Assembly: GCA_016219595.1 (NCBI GenBank)
Contig: JACRLY010000069.1
Span: forward strand, 158 to 64,157
From: Ignavibacteriota bacterium
GTDB lineage: Bacteria > Bacteroidota > Ignavibacteria > Kapaibacteriales > UBA2268
Length of the DNA: 64,000 nt
Direction: 5' to 3'
The position numbers were made by a program, and so were the translations under genes. The notes under the pieces are model-generated. The model was given only the letters and a program-made list of their open reading frames with translations, did not search any database and was not told the DNA's origin. Within the stretch, counting starts at the first letter, position 1; each line of letters starts with the position of its first letter. Of the stretch, positions 1-8,698 are shown one piece after another.

Positions 1-1556
1 ACTACTAAAAAACCAGTATATGGAGTTCCTGAATCATCCGGATTTTGTTTTAGAAAAGCATTTTCAGTAACGGGAAAATTAAAAGTCGGAGTTTCTCCAG
101 CGATTATAAAGTTGTAAGATTGTGAATTTAAAATTTTATATGTAAAACCAGAAAAATAAAAAGACGACCATATAAGTTTAGAATCATTACTAAAATTACT
201 AATAAAATTCCACATTGTATATGTTGGTGTAGTTTTAAAAATTTGTCCTTTTTTTGGAAAATCTTCACTTTGGGTTACACCAGTTATCCAAATATTATTA
301 CTTCCATCAAATGATATTGAAAATATTTCATCACCCGAATTACCCCCAAAATATGTTGCATATTTTCTATTTCCTTCTATATCGAATTTCGCTATAAATC
401 CTTCACTTTGGTAATCACCACCTTTTTTTATTTCAGTTTGATATGCATCAGTAGAAATTGGAAAATTTTCACTATTAGTATAACCAACAAAATAAAGATT
501 ATCTTTATTATCAAATTTAACATCATCAGGCCAATCATCTTTTTTTCCTCCATAAAGAGTTGCCCACAATCTTTGCCCTTCAGGTGTCAAAGCTACAAGG
601 AAACAATCTTTTCCACCTGATGTATCAATTTGGAATGCGCTAAAACTAACAGGAAATTTCGGTCCTTCCTTTGAACTTACTGTTCTAAGATAACCAGTAA
701 AAGCTATGTTCCCGATTTTATCTATTGCAATTGCTTGCGCAATCTCATCTTGGTAGCCTCCGAAATATGTACACCATATTTTATTTCCATCTTTATTAAA
801 CTTAGCTATAAATGCATCCACCCTGCCCATTAGATATGTCTGAAACACTCCTTCAGTTGTTGGTAGGTTTGCTCCATCTGTGAATCCCGCAATTGCGAAT
901 GTACCGTCAGGTGCAAGTGCTATACCTTCTGCTGAATCAAATGCCTCACTGCCGAATAACTTTGCCCATATCCTGTTGCCATCAGTATCAAATTTTATAA
1001 TAAAGCAATCGCTTTGTCCTCCGTTATATGTCCCTTCAGTAACCGGAAAATCAGTGCTATTTGTTTTACCGCAAATTATAACATTATCATCTTTGTCACA
1101 GATGCAGTCGAGTGCCACGTCTGTTGCACTTCCTCCATAATATGTAAACCATATAATCTGTCCCGATGAATTGACTTTTGCTACAAATGCGTCATGTCCG
1201 CCGCTCTTGGTTTTTTGGAAAGCTCCTTCTGTTACAGGAAGATCTGAACTCCCGGTGTATCCTGCTATTATAATATTGTTTTTACTGTCTACAGCAAGCC
1301 CATATATACAATCATAGCCGTTTCCTCCAACATAAGTAGATAATAGTACACGGGAGTCAGTAATGATTTGTTCTAATATTTCATCTCTATTCTTTGTGAA
1401 CTTATTATCAATATTTTTGAAATGGCGACTTATATTTGAATATTTTGAAAGTGTGTCCAACCCTTGCCATTCAATTGGATGTTTAATCGGTTCAGTTGAC
1501 AGGACTATATTTATTGAAAAAATTAAAATTAAATAAGATGTAATTAGATTTTTCAT
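1..1556 (-). CDS. Secreted SBBP-type beta-propeller repeat protein, partial (C-terminus beyond window start)
   Basis: Manual minus-strand translation from ATG at 1556 gives MKNLITSYLILIFSINIVLS (signal-like). It is followed by at least 8 repeats of the pattern YxGGxxxDxxxxIAxDxxxNxxxxGxTxSxDFPxTxGAFQ. The frame stays open to position 1. The plus-strand ORFs 408-620 and 880-1140 are shadow ORFs. Confidence 0.75.
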   Translation of the reverse strand, partial: MKNLITSYLILIFSINIVLSTEPIKHPIEWQGLDTLSKYSNISRHFKNIDNKFTKNRDEILEQIITDSRVLLSTYVGGNGYDCIYGLAVDSKNNIIIAGYTGSSDLPVTEGAFQKTKSGGHDAFVAKVNSSGQIIWFTYYGGSATDVALDCICDKDDNVIICGKTNSTDFPVTEGTYNGGQSDCFIIKFDTDGNRIWAKLFGSEAFDSAEGIALAPDGTFAIAGFTDGANLPTTEGVFQTYLMGRVDAFIAKFNKDGNKIWCTYFGGYQDEIAQAIAIDKIGNIAFTGYLRTVSSKEGPKFPVSFSAFQIDTSGGKDCFLVALTPEGQRLWATLYGGKKDDWPDDVKFDNKDNLYFVGYTNSENFPISTDAYQTEIKKGGDYQSEGFIAKFDIEGNRKYATYFGGNSGDEIFSISFDGSNNIWITGVTQSEDFPKKGQIFKTTPTYTMWNFISNFSNDSKLIWSSFYFSGFTYKILNSQSYNFIIAGETPTFNFPVTENAFLKQNPDDSGTPYTGFLV

Positions 1557-1711
1557 TTGATTCACTATTTTATAAACAATATGTTTTTAGATATAAAATA
1601 ACGACACCTATACGCTATATAAAAGTAAATATTAATTATTAAATAAAAAAATCTTTTTGTCATTTCTATAAATATAATGACACATAAAACCTAAAAAGGT
1701 CTCAAAAATTT

Positions 1712-1741
1712 AAAAATAGACCAATTTATTGGTCTATTTTT
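1712..1741 (-). terminator. Perfect 14-bp-arm palindromic hairpin flanked by A/T runs (intrinsic terminator at the end of the element operon)
   Basis: aaaaatagaccaat-tt-attggtctattttt lies directly downstream of the minus-strand ORF ending at 1752. Confidence 0.6.
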
Positions 1742-1751
1742 GTTATATATT

Positions 1752-2075
1752 TCAATTAGGATTTTTTCGTTTGGAGATATACCTGCCATTTACATAATCC
1801 AATTGAAAACAGTCAGCTAATTTTTTTATCAGCATAAACAACAACTCCTGATTGGCAAGAACCGAATCGATTTTAATCCTGAATTCTGCATTCTTTTTAA
1901 GTTGATTGTCTTTAAACGAGTTTAAACCTGCTATCTCATTTGACAGGATTTTCATGTTTAATTTTAAGTACTTATTAAACATAAAAAAATTAATTATAGA
2001 AAATTCGCTAAGAGTTAAAATTGCCCTGGCTATTAAGACAGGGCTTGGATTGATAATGTTGAAAAAATCTACCAA
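1752..2075 (-). CDS. Hypothetical protein (107 aa)
   Basis: ORF in the same orientation as the upstream Toprim-like gene, with a 24-nt gap. No recognisable motif. Confidence 0.4.
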   Translation of the reverse strand: MVDFFNIINPSPVLIARAILTLSEFSIINFFMFNKYLKLNMKILSNEIAGLNSFKDNQLKKNAEFRIKIDSVLANQELLFMLIKKLADCFQLDYVNGRYISKRKNPN

Positions 2076-2099
2076 AAATCACATATCAGAATTTTTTAT

Positions 2100-2879
2100 T
2101 TAAGAACTAATGTTATTCACAGGAGATTTTACGAAGCATTTTTTTGCTAATCTTAAAATAATATTGTCCGGTTCAGGGTGCAATAAAATAATTTTGTCAA
2201 ACCGATAAAGTAAATGTTCCTGTGTGTCGGTCATGGAATTTGACATTAATGCCACACAATTGGTTTTGCCAATACCAATATGAGACAAACAATCAAAAAG
2301 GCTTACCGTTACTATTACTTCATCGTAAGATTTTATTTTATTCAGATTGTACAGCGGCCGCTTAAAATTCTTCGGAAAGAACCATTTGTCTTTCTCTGGG
2401 TGCCAACCGACATAACCAATGACATTACTTTGTTCGTCATAGACTTTAAAAGCAATCTTACCCTGCATGATGCTTCTTTGCTTCACATAGCCGACTTCAT
2501 ATTCCTTGGCTATTGCTTCAGAAATACCCAATTCTGCTAATTTCTGAATATAGTGTAATTCCAATTCTGGTATGTCTCTTTTTGTGTTATCAGGTTCATC
2601 TAAGAAGTGTAATTTTAATTCTTTAGCTGCTTCACGTAAACCAATATTTTCAACCATTGAGAGAAAGTTGATAACACTGCCTTTGGCTGTTTTGTTATCA
2701 GGTGAAAAGAAAATATTTTTTTCAATATTAATAATGAATTTAAAATTCTTTGTTTCACCTTTTAACTCTCCTCCCTTTTCCGAGTAAGGAATATTTTTCC
2801 AATTCAGCACATCATTGAATTTAATCCTGCCGCTGATTAATGTAAAATCAAGATACTTTTCATTCATAAAACTCTCCAA
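2100..2879 (-). CDS. DnaG-like primase/Toprim-fold protein, apparently degenerate
   Basis: KGSVINFLSMVENIGLREAAKEL resembles the tail of a CHC2 zinc-finger domain, but no Cys/His ligands are present. GYVGWHPEKDKWFFPKNFKRPLYNLNK resembles the DnaG core motif (KYxNSP...F.K...LY). VIVTVSLFDCLSHIGIGKTNCVALMSN...KIILLHPEPDN has a Toprim-like layout without the conserved Glu or DxD. Confidence 0.45.
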   Translation of the reverse strand: MESFMNEKYLDFTLISGRIKFNDVLNWKNIPYSEKGGELKGETKNFKFIINIEKNIFFSPDNKTAKGSVINFLSMVENIGLREAAKELKLHFLDEPDNTKRDIPELELHYIQKLAELGISEAIAKEYEVGYVKQRSIMQGKIAFKVYDEQSNVIGYVGWHPEKDKWFFPKNFKRPLYNLNKIKSYDEVIVTVSLFDCLSHIGIGKTNCVALMSNSMTDTQEHLLYRFDKIILLHPEPDNIILRLAKKCFVKSPVNNISS

Positions 2880-2926
2880 TTATAAAGAACAAAAAAACAA
2901 TTGTGAGCATTATATCACAGACACAC

Positions 2927-2954
2927 AAAAGCCCGCAAGGGTAGGCGGGCTTTT
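2927..2954 (-). terminator. GC-rich hairpin flanked by A-run/T-run (bidirectional intrinsic terminator)
   Basis: aaaagcccgc-aagggtag-gcgggctttt forms a 10-bp stem. Confidence 0.6.
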
Positions 2955-2957
2955 GAT

Positions 2958-3156
2958 GAAGTTAAGCAAAATCACAAATCAATGAAGCATCTACAAGTAT
3001 CAGCCTCCGGCTTGTTTAGCCCCATAATCCCGGACTAAGGCTGTTGGCAATAGCGCAAATTACTTGCGTATTGACCTTATCGGCAAAATTGCAGTATGGG
3101 ATTAGGAAAAGATTTGTTGCCTTGAAATCCTTTCCCGGTTTGTTTTGCTTAACTTC
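2958..3156 (-). ncRNA. Highly structured ~200-nt intergenic element (candidate ncRNA or ssDNA priming/transfer signal)
   Basis: A 14-bp long-range closing stem, gaagttaagcaaaa (2958-2971) with ttttgcttaacttc (3143-3156), encloses at least 3 internal hairpins. Examples are ggaaaagattt/aaatcctttcc and caatagcgcaa/ttgcgtattg. Local GC is well above the surroundings. It starts just downstream of the ATPase stop codon (a few nt) and ends at the terminator hairpin. Confidence 0.45.
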
Positions 3157-3160
3157 GATA

Positions 3161-4408
3161 TCATATCATAATCCATTCATCAGCTAAAAAGTCAAGTGTC
3201 TCAGGCTTCACCTGATTAATTGAAGGAAAAATAAAATCATCGGGAACTTCTTTTAAGATAGGTTTTTTAGTATTGATGTAAAATTTATTCGTACCCAAGC
3301 ATAGTCGGGCTTCATATTTATCCATCTCGGTGAAGTCGGATATTTTTAAATTAAAAACATCGCTCATAACTTTAGCAATAACCGGGCTGGTATTAAAAAC
3401 CAAATAATTGCTTACCGAACCCAGGATGGAATCAATAATAGCCAGCATCATCTTTTTATGATTTTCGGATTTTGCCGAACTAAAGTTAATATGCCCTAAA
3501 GTAAAACCGACTTTGGAGCTCCTGCCTAATTGCAGGGATTCAGCAAACATGCCGCTGGCTACCAAGTCAAATTCATCTATATAGACAAATAATGGTTTGG
3601 CTTTCTTGACTTGGTTCATGTAAGACAAGATTGCTCCGACAAAGAGATTGGCAACAAAAACTTTTACAAAATCATTGCTGGTTTCGATATTTATAATCAA
3701 ACTTTTGCCGTCTTGCACCAATTCATCAATATCCAGTTCATTTGGTTTATCAATAAAAACATTGGTTTTGTTATTTCTCAATGCCTGATGCAGACGGCTG
3801 GCGACACTGCTCATGGTTAAATCATAATCAGACATTTTCTTATAGGCGGTTTTACCGGGATTAAATAAATTTATCCACCATTTCTTGTTTTCAGGATTAG
3901 CATAGTCATAATTATTTCTAAGATCCTTGTCGGTTAGAAAGTCAGACAAATGCTTTATGCTTAAATCTTCAGGCTGGAAAGAATCCAGGGCTTTTTCAAT
4001 TACTTCCTTCATTCTGACCGTTGATTCGGGATTGGAAGAAGTCGTCGTAATAACATTATCAAGTATCTGACTGAATTCTCCGACCAATGTATCATAATCA
4101 TAACCTTTCTTTTCAAACAGATTGACAGCTATAGGATTATTAAAAGACACATATCTGACATTAGGATTTTCCTTAAAATGATAATACAATTTATCAGCAC
4201 TCTCGCCTTTGGGATCGATAAAAATAACGGAATAACCCTGCGAGATGTCATATTCCGCTAAGTTTTCCATGACAGTGGATTTGCCCATGCCGGACCTGCC
4301 GACAAGATACAAATGATGGAAACGGTCATCAAGACTTTCGAAATCAGGTAGATTGACTGATAGCTCCTTATAGATTCCGAAACTATAGCGGTATTCATCG
4401 TTTGTCAT
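3161..4408 (-). CDS. P-loop NTPase, TraD/VirD4/HerA-FtsK-like (soluble coupling-protein-like ATPase)
   Basis: Walker A GRSGMGKST and Walker B-like LFVYIDEFD are present, with no N-terminal TM segment. The context is plasmid-type genes. Confidence 0.6.
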   Translation of the reverse strand: MTNDEYRYSFGIYKELSVNLPDFESLDDRFHHLYLVGRSGMGKSTVMENLAEYDISQGYSVIFIDPKGESADKLYYHFKENPNVRYVSFNNPIAVNLFEKKGYDYDTLVGEFSQILDNVITTTSSNPESTVRMKEVIEKALDSFQPEDLSIKHLSDFLTDKDLRNNYDYANPENKKWWINLFNPGKTAYKKMSDYDLTMSSVASRLHQALRNNKTNVFIDKPNELDIDELVQDGKSLIINIETSNDFVKVFVANLFVGAILSYMNQVKKAKPLFVYIDEFDLVASGMFAESLQLGRSSKVGFTLGHINFSSAKSENHKKMMLAIIDSILGSVSNYLVFNTSPVIAKVMSDVFNLKISDFTEMDKYEARLCLGTNKFYINTKKPILKEVPDDFIFPSINQVKPETLDFLADEWIMI

Positions 4409-5259
4409 TAGGCATTACTTTTTTGGTTAAATCTGAAATTATACAACTTAGCCTGGTTATCAATCTCACGGCTTTCACTATCGGCTAATTTGGTTTTGCC
4501 TTCGGCGTAGGTTCTAAAGGATTCCGCCTTGTTTTTGTCAATGTCGCTTAAAACCTTATTATATTGAGCAATAGTTTCAATATTATCTTCAGATTCTTCG
4601 TTATAGAAATTAGCTATTTCATGCAAGACATCAACCGGGATCTCTTTAATACTATTATCCTTTAATTTTTCAAAAAAGAGCTTATACATTTCTATTTTTG
4701 ACTTTTTAAGATCAATTTCGGTTTCTCCGTCCGCTCTAAGCAGTTCATTTTCAATTTCAAATTTTTCTCCGAATAATTCATCTTCCTTAACTTTTCTTTC
4801 ATAAAAACTCGATTCCGATTTACTGCTGGCAACGATTCTTTTTAGTTCAGCTTTAGCCTTTGATTTTTTCATCTCAGAAAGCAAAACTATCATCTTTTCG
4901 CTGACAATGGCATCGGCTCGTAACAGCTGCAGGGATTCTCCCATTTCTCTCAAGGTCTCAATCCGGTCCTTTAACATTCTTTGCCGGTCGGAATCAAGTC
5001 TGATTTTGTTAATCTCCCGATTTTTAGACCAAAGAAAAATCGGTTGTTTCTTTCCCAGTGAATCGGATAGTTGCCGGGTTAAATCAGCCAAAGATAATTC
5101 ATCGAGATTAATGACTTTATCCTTATAATAACCGTCTTTATCCTCAAAAGTATTTTCATGGGCTTGCTTAATAATGGCTTTGTCGTTTTGGGGATTGATA
5201 TTCAAACCAGGTTTAAAACCGTAGTTTTCAATCGTGGCAGAGAATTTCTTCTGACTCAT
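4408..5259 (-). CDS. Hypothetical coiled-coil protein (283 aa, K/E-rich)
   Basis: Long ORF whose stop overlaps the start of the ATPase gene (shared nt 4408). The charged heptad-like composition is consistent with a coiled coil. Confidence 0.5.
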   Translation of the reverse strand: MSQKKFSATIENYGFKPGLNINPQNDKAIIKQAHENTFEDKDGYYKDKVINLDELSLADLTRQLSDSLGKKQPIFLWSKNREINKIRLDSDRQRMLKDRIETLREMGESLQLLRADAIVSEKMIVLLSEMKKSKAKAELKRIVASSKSESSFYERKVKEDELFGEKFEIENELLRADGETEIDLKKSKIEMYKLFFEKLKDNSIKEIPVDVLHEIANFYNEESEDNIETIAQYNKVLSDIDKNKAESFRTYAEGKTKLADSESREIDNQAKLYNFRFNQKSNA

Positions 5260-5740
5260 ATCTTCTTTCTTTCAATTCTTGAACATCATATGGAGCGTCA
5301 AGATCTATTACTTCCTGACAGTGTGGGCAATTTAATAACCTGACCGGATCGTCACAATGCGAACATCCGAAAAGTACATTATGAAAAGTCTGACCTTCAG
5401 CATCGCAATAAGGGCATTTAATTTCATCAATATTTTTAACCAGAATATTTTTCAGGCAATGCGGACAAGTGAACACATGATTTAATAATATGTCATCATT
5501 ATTTTCAAATTTGAATGCAAATAAAAACGCCACCAGTAAAACACATAAGAAAGCGGAAATAATATCCACTAAAGCAAAATCATGGATAAAACCATTGGCA
5601 AGCACTACTAAAAATATTAATAGTAAGAATACAATGCCGATTTTTTTAAATTTTTCGTAATTGAAGTTTAAAAACGGTTTATAATTAATATTATCAATTA
5701 TAATGTCTCTGATGCTAATATAATCGTTCTCTGAATTCAA
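5228..5740 (-). CDS. Membrane protein with C-terminal double zinc-ribbon
   Basis: Two hydrophobic helices (IGIVFLLLIFLVVLANGF and IISAFLCVLLVAFLFAF) are followed by four CxxC pairs: CPHC, CPYC, CSHC and CPHC. Confidence 0.55.
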   Translation of the reverse strand: MNSENDYISIRDIIIDNINYKPFLNFNYEKFKKIGIVFLLLIFLVVLANGFIHDFALVDIISAFLCVLLVAFLFAFKFENNDDILLNHVFTCPHCLKNILVKNIDEIKCPYCDAEGQTFHNVLFGCSHCDDPVRLLNCPHCQEVIDLDAPYDVQELKERRYESEEILCHD

Positions 5741-6563
5741 AACCTTTACCCCAATTTTTATTAATATTGCCTATTATTAAAACGGAAAATTTGAAATCAT
5801 TAATCTTGGGTTCTGGTAACAATAAAAACCGTGCCATTTTTTTCCAATATTCAAAAACTGCCATGTCTGCTTTTAATTTAAGATAATTTTCTCTCATCTT
5901 GTCTAACCTCTGTTCCCAATTAGACTGCTCTGTTTCAATTTCAAGAAATTTCAATTTATATTTTTTGCCTTCCTTCAGTACCATCAGAGCGTCGGGACGG
6001 ATATAAGTAAAATCAGGAAATAACAGAAAATAATAATTCGGCAGTTTCAAGGCCTGTACAAAAACCTCGCTGTTCTTTATTTCATTGGCCGTATCAATAC
6101 CCTTAGGTAATGGTTTAAAAACTTTAAAATAATTGTCTTGGTTAAAGGACACGGCTTTAAGAATTTTTTCAGTCGTCTCATTGGCGATATAGATTTTTGT
6201 GTCTTTCTCGATTGCCGAGATATGCCCAATAATAACTAATTCATCTAAAATATCTTTTGTCGCTACTTTGGAGACTCCTGAAAAAGACAAAGAACGCAAT
6301 TGAGCTTGCGTGGTATATTTTAATAGCCGGATGAAATAGTACAACCGGAAAAACTGCTGATAGCTCCTAACGGTTTTATTCTGATTATATATCAATGGTT
6401 TTAATTGCTCTTTAATCAATGATAGGCTAAAAGTGTGTTCAAAGATATTGCCTTGAATAGAATCCATATAACATCCAAAATTATCTGTAAAATAAAAACC
6501 TAAAAATCTGGAAAATGAAGCAATAAAAAATATGCCAATGTTTCCAGATTTCAAAAAAATCAC
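5715..6563 (-). CDS. Replication-relaxation-like protein (wHTH + PD-(D/E)xK-like C-terminus), paralog 1; likely true start at 6467
   Basis: RPDALMVLKEGKKYKLKFLEIETE is a PD...ExE nuclease-like motif. It has the same architecture as the 18707-19513 ORF. The internal Met (MDSIQGN, ATG at 6467) aligns with the paralog N-terminus, and an inverted repeat lies in the putative N-terminal extension. Confidence 0.5.
   Translation of the reverse strand: MIFLKSGNIGIFFIASFSRFLGFYFTDNFGCYMDSIQGNIFEHTFSLSLIKEQLKPLIYNQNKTVRSYQQFFRLYYFIRLLKYTTQAQLRSLSFSGVSKVATKDILDELVIIGHISAIEKDTKIYIANETTEKILKAVSFNQDNYFKVFKPLPKGIDTANEIKNSEVFVQALKLPNYYFLLFPDFTYIRPDALMVLKEGKKYKLKFLEIETEQSNWEQRLDKMRENYLKLKADMAVFEYWKKMARFLLLPEPKINDFKFSVLIIGNINKNWGKGFEFRERLY
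6504..6551. promoter_or_regulatory. 11-bp perfect inverted repeat upstream of paralog 1 (candidate operator / nic-site hairpin)
   Basis: aaatctggaaa (6504-6514) pairs with tttccagattt (6541-6551), with a 26-nt spacer. It lies 37-84 nt upstream of the probable ATG at 6467. Confidence 0.4.
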
Positions 6564-6727
6564 TCAAATAAATCAATGAATTAAAGATTTATTCCAGACC
6601 GGAATATGGTAATATAGTCAAACATGAATAAAACTTATGTCAATGCCTTTATGGCTTGATATAAGTTTTATTTGTGTTATGTCTTCAAATAGGGCGGGTA
6701 AGCGGGTTATCAATCAATTAGCACAAG

Positions 6728-7143
6728 CTCAAAATACAAATCAAAAATCAAATAATTATAAATCAGATATCAAACATAACAACAAATAAAACATCAATAC
6801 AAAGAACAATCTCAACAATCAATAAAAAACATTAATAAATATCAATCATAAAAACACCTATCAAAAAATATCAATAAACTATAAAATATTACCCAAATAA
6901 ATCATTAAAAAATCACCTCATCAAAAAACTAAAAAACATAAACCAAAACCATAAACCAATACAAAAAACATTAAACAAAATCAAAAACATAATCATCAAC
7001 AAAATCCCCTAATAAAAATATCAATCAATCACAAAAACCAAACAAGCAAGAAACATCTTTAAATATCAATCATAAAAACACCTATCAAAAAATATCAATA
7101 AACTATTAAATATTCCCTGAATAAATCAATAAAAAATCCTCCC
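6728..7143. repeat. G-depleted A/C-rich iteron tract with an ~83-bp direct repeat (candidate origin or centromere-like site)
   Basis: There is no G at all on the plus strand from 6805 to 7045 (241 nt), and only 4 G in 6728-7118. The motif ATCAA(T/A) occurs about 25 times. Direct repeat copies at 6837-6919 and 7061-7143 share an identical first 46 nt and are about 90% identical overall. No frame is open on either strand. Confidence 0.7.
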
Positions 7144-7177
7144 TCGGAAGGAAAATCAATCTCCCAAGATTACAAAA

Positions 7178-7194
7178 AATGCTCATTGAGCATT
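7178..7194. promoter_or_regulatory. Perfect 17-bp palindrome (candidate operator)
   Basis: aatgctca-t-tgagcatt. Confidence 0.3.
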
Positions 7195-7479
7195 AATCAA
7201 AACATTGACAGATTAGAAAAAAATCATCAATCCATAATCTAAATCGAAATAAAAATAATAACCTTAAAAAAAGTCAAACTGAAACCATAAATAACGAATA
7301 GCAAAGCAAATGAACAGTCCATAAAAGGAACAAAATATTAACATTCAAACTTAAAATATTAATATCCCCTGGTATCCTTTTAAAACGTTCCCATAAGCCA
7401 TAAAACGGCCATACGGAAACAAAACCTCAATTCAGGTCATCAAGTACCTGAAACAAGAAATCATCTAAGTAGAGGCTTT

Positions 7480-7522
7480 TAAAAAGGAAAAAGCCACCTA
7501 TAAGAATCATCTCATAGGTGGC
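7480..7522 (-). terminator. Intrinsic terminator after the RHH gene
   Basis: On the minus strand, gccacctat-gagatgattctt-ataggtggc (9-bp stem) is followed by tttttcctttt. It sits 49 nt downstream of the stop at 7571. Confidence 0.65.
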
Positions 7523-7570
7523 TCGCTGGCATAGGCAATCAAAACAGGTCTAATCCTGTAATGCCTGCCC

Positions 7571-7789
7571 TTAAAAAGAACTTTTTTCTCCTTCCCAATC
7601 GCCTTGTCTCTCTTTATGGCTTTGGCTCGTAGAAGGAGAGCTATCAGGCTGGCAATTCCGCTTGTGTATCCCATTATTTATATACTCCTCTATAATACTA
7701 CTGACAAACTTAGTCATCGGCTTCTTATGCTCCTTAGCTATTAAATATAGCTTAGGTATCAGTTCTGGTTTTATCTTAGGACTATACAT
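7571..7789 (-). CDS. Ribbon-helix-helix (CopG/ParG/Omega-like) DNA-binding protein
   Basis: SPKIKPELIPKLYLIAKEHKKPMTKFVSSIIEEYI fits a beta-strand/helix/loop/helix RHH pattern. The tail is disordered and S/P/E-rich. Confidence 0.5.
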   Translation of the reverse strand: MYSPKIKPELIPKLYLIAKEHKKPMTKFVSSIIEEYINNGIHKRNCQPDSSPSTSQSHKERQGDWEGEKSSF

Positions 7790-7903
7790 ACAGGTCTCCT
7801 AATGAAAAACCTAATCTTAGGCTAAAAATCAAGTCCGAAATTTTTCTGGAAAAGGCAAGTAGGGAATGAGAAATTTTCAGCAAAATTTTAATAGATAAAC
7901 TTT

Positions 7904-8680
7904 TCATACAATTTCCTCTGTCAGTATTAAATTTAATACCTTCTCCACTTCGCTTAATAATTTCACGCAAGCTATATATGGCGTACAACCAATATTAGCT
8001 GAATAGGTCTCAATATAGCGGTAGCTATTCCCGGCTTGGCTATCCGTTGTCTTGCCGACTATCCGGCACAAGGCTTGGGCTGATAATTCGGCTACAATCT
8101 CCTGTGCCAGGTGCTGTCCTGCTTGTATAGAGCCTAAAACCTTTTCGTGGGCGGCATGAGCCAGTTCGTGAAAGAAGGTTCTTTCTTCCGGGGTTGCTAA
8201 GCAGATTTCCTTTTTCTGAGGCACATAATAGCCATTGTATTCCAAACTGCCGCTAACCGCTTTAACGGAAATTCCCCAGGCTTGAGCTTTCTCCATTAAA
8301 GGTAAACGGAGTAGCTTGATTTCTTCATAAACCAAATCTTCGCCTTCGGTATCTTCCATCCGAAACACCGGACTGGTCATGAATCCGGCTAAGAATACCT
8401 GGTCTTCGCCATTATCATCTGCCCTGGATTTAATCAATGGCACTAATATATACAGGGCATGACTGCCTTTTTTGATATTGCGGTTAACTGTCTGCCATTG
8501 CCTAAAACCTCGTGCATCGGCCGTCCCGGAAAAAATCATCAGCAATTGGTTGAACATCGACCATTTAGAACTGGGAATATTGGGAATGGGAAAACGGGTA
8601 ATGGCTATGGCTTGGGGGATGTCTCCTGTTTTAAACTGCTCCAAAATGGAACTTAAAACTTTAGTAATTTTGTCTGTCAT
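7904..8680 (-). CDS. ardC: ArdC-like antirestriction protein (ssDNA-binding N-domain + zincin metalloprotease domain)
   Basis: The N-terminus (ARGFRQWQTVNRNIKKGSHALYILVP) resembles the ArdC/DUF1738 domain. An HExxH motif is present in FFHELAHAAHEK. Confidence 0.7.
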   Translation of the reverse strand: MTDKITKVLSSILEQFKTGDIPQAIAITRFPIPNIPSSKWSMFNQLLMIFSGTADARGFRQWQTVNRNIKKGSHALYILVPLIKSRADDNGEDQVFLAGFMTSPVFRMEDTEGEDLVYEEIKLLRLPLMEKAQAWGISVKAVSGSLEYNGYYVPQKKEICLATPEERTFFHELAHAAHEKVLGSIQAGQHLAQEIVAELSAQALCRIVGKTTDSQAGNSYRYIETYSANIGCTPYIACVKLLSEVEKVLNLILTEEIV

Positions 8681-8698
8681 ATAAAATCCTCTAAATGA

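Noticed and set aside
408-1140. Plus-strand ORFs 408-620 and 880-1140.
   Set aside because: They lie entirely inside the long minus-strand SBBP-repeat frame. Their composition is low-complexity with no motifs, so they are shadow ORFs.
6728-7143. Possibility that the A-rich repeat region is a CRISPR array or a minisatellite-encoded protein.
   Set aside because: There are only two long repeat copies, about 224 bp apart, with no regular repeat-spacer periodicity. No cas genes are present, and stop codons are dense in all six frames.
7782-7988. 68-aa minus-strand ORF overlapping the 3' end of the ArdC-like gene.
   Set aside because: It overlaps the well-supported ArdC ORF by 85 nt, has no motif, and has a poor start context. 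It is likely spurious.
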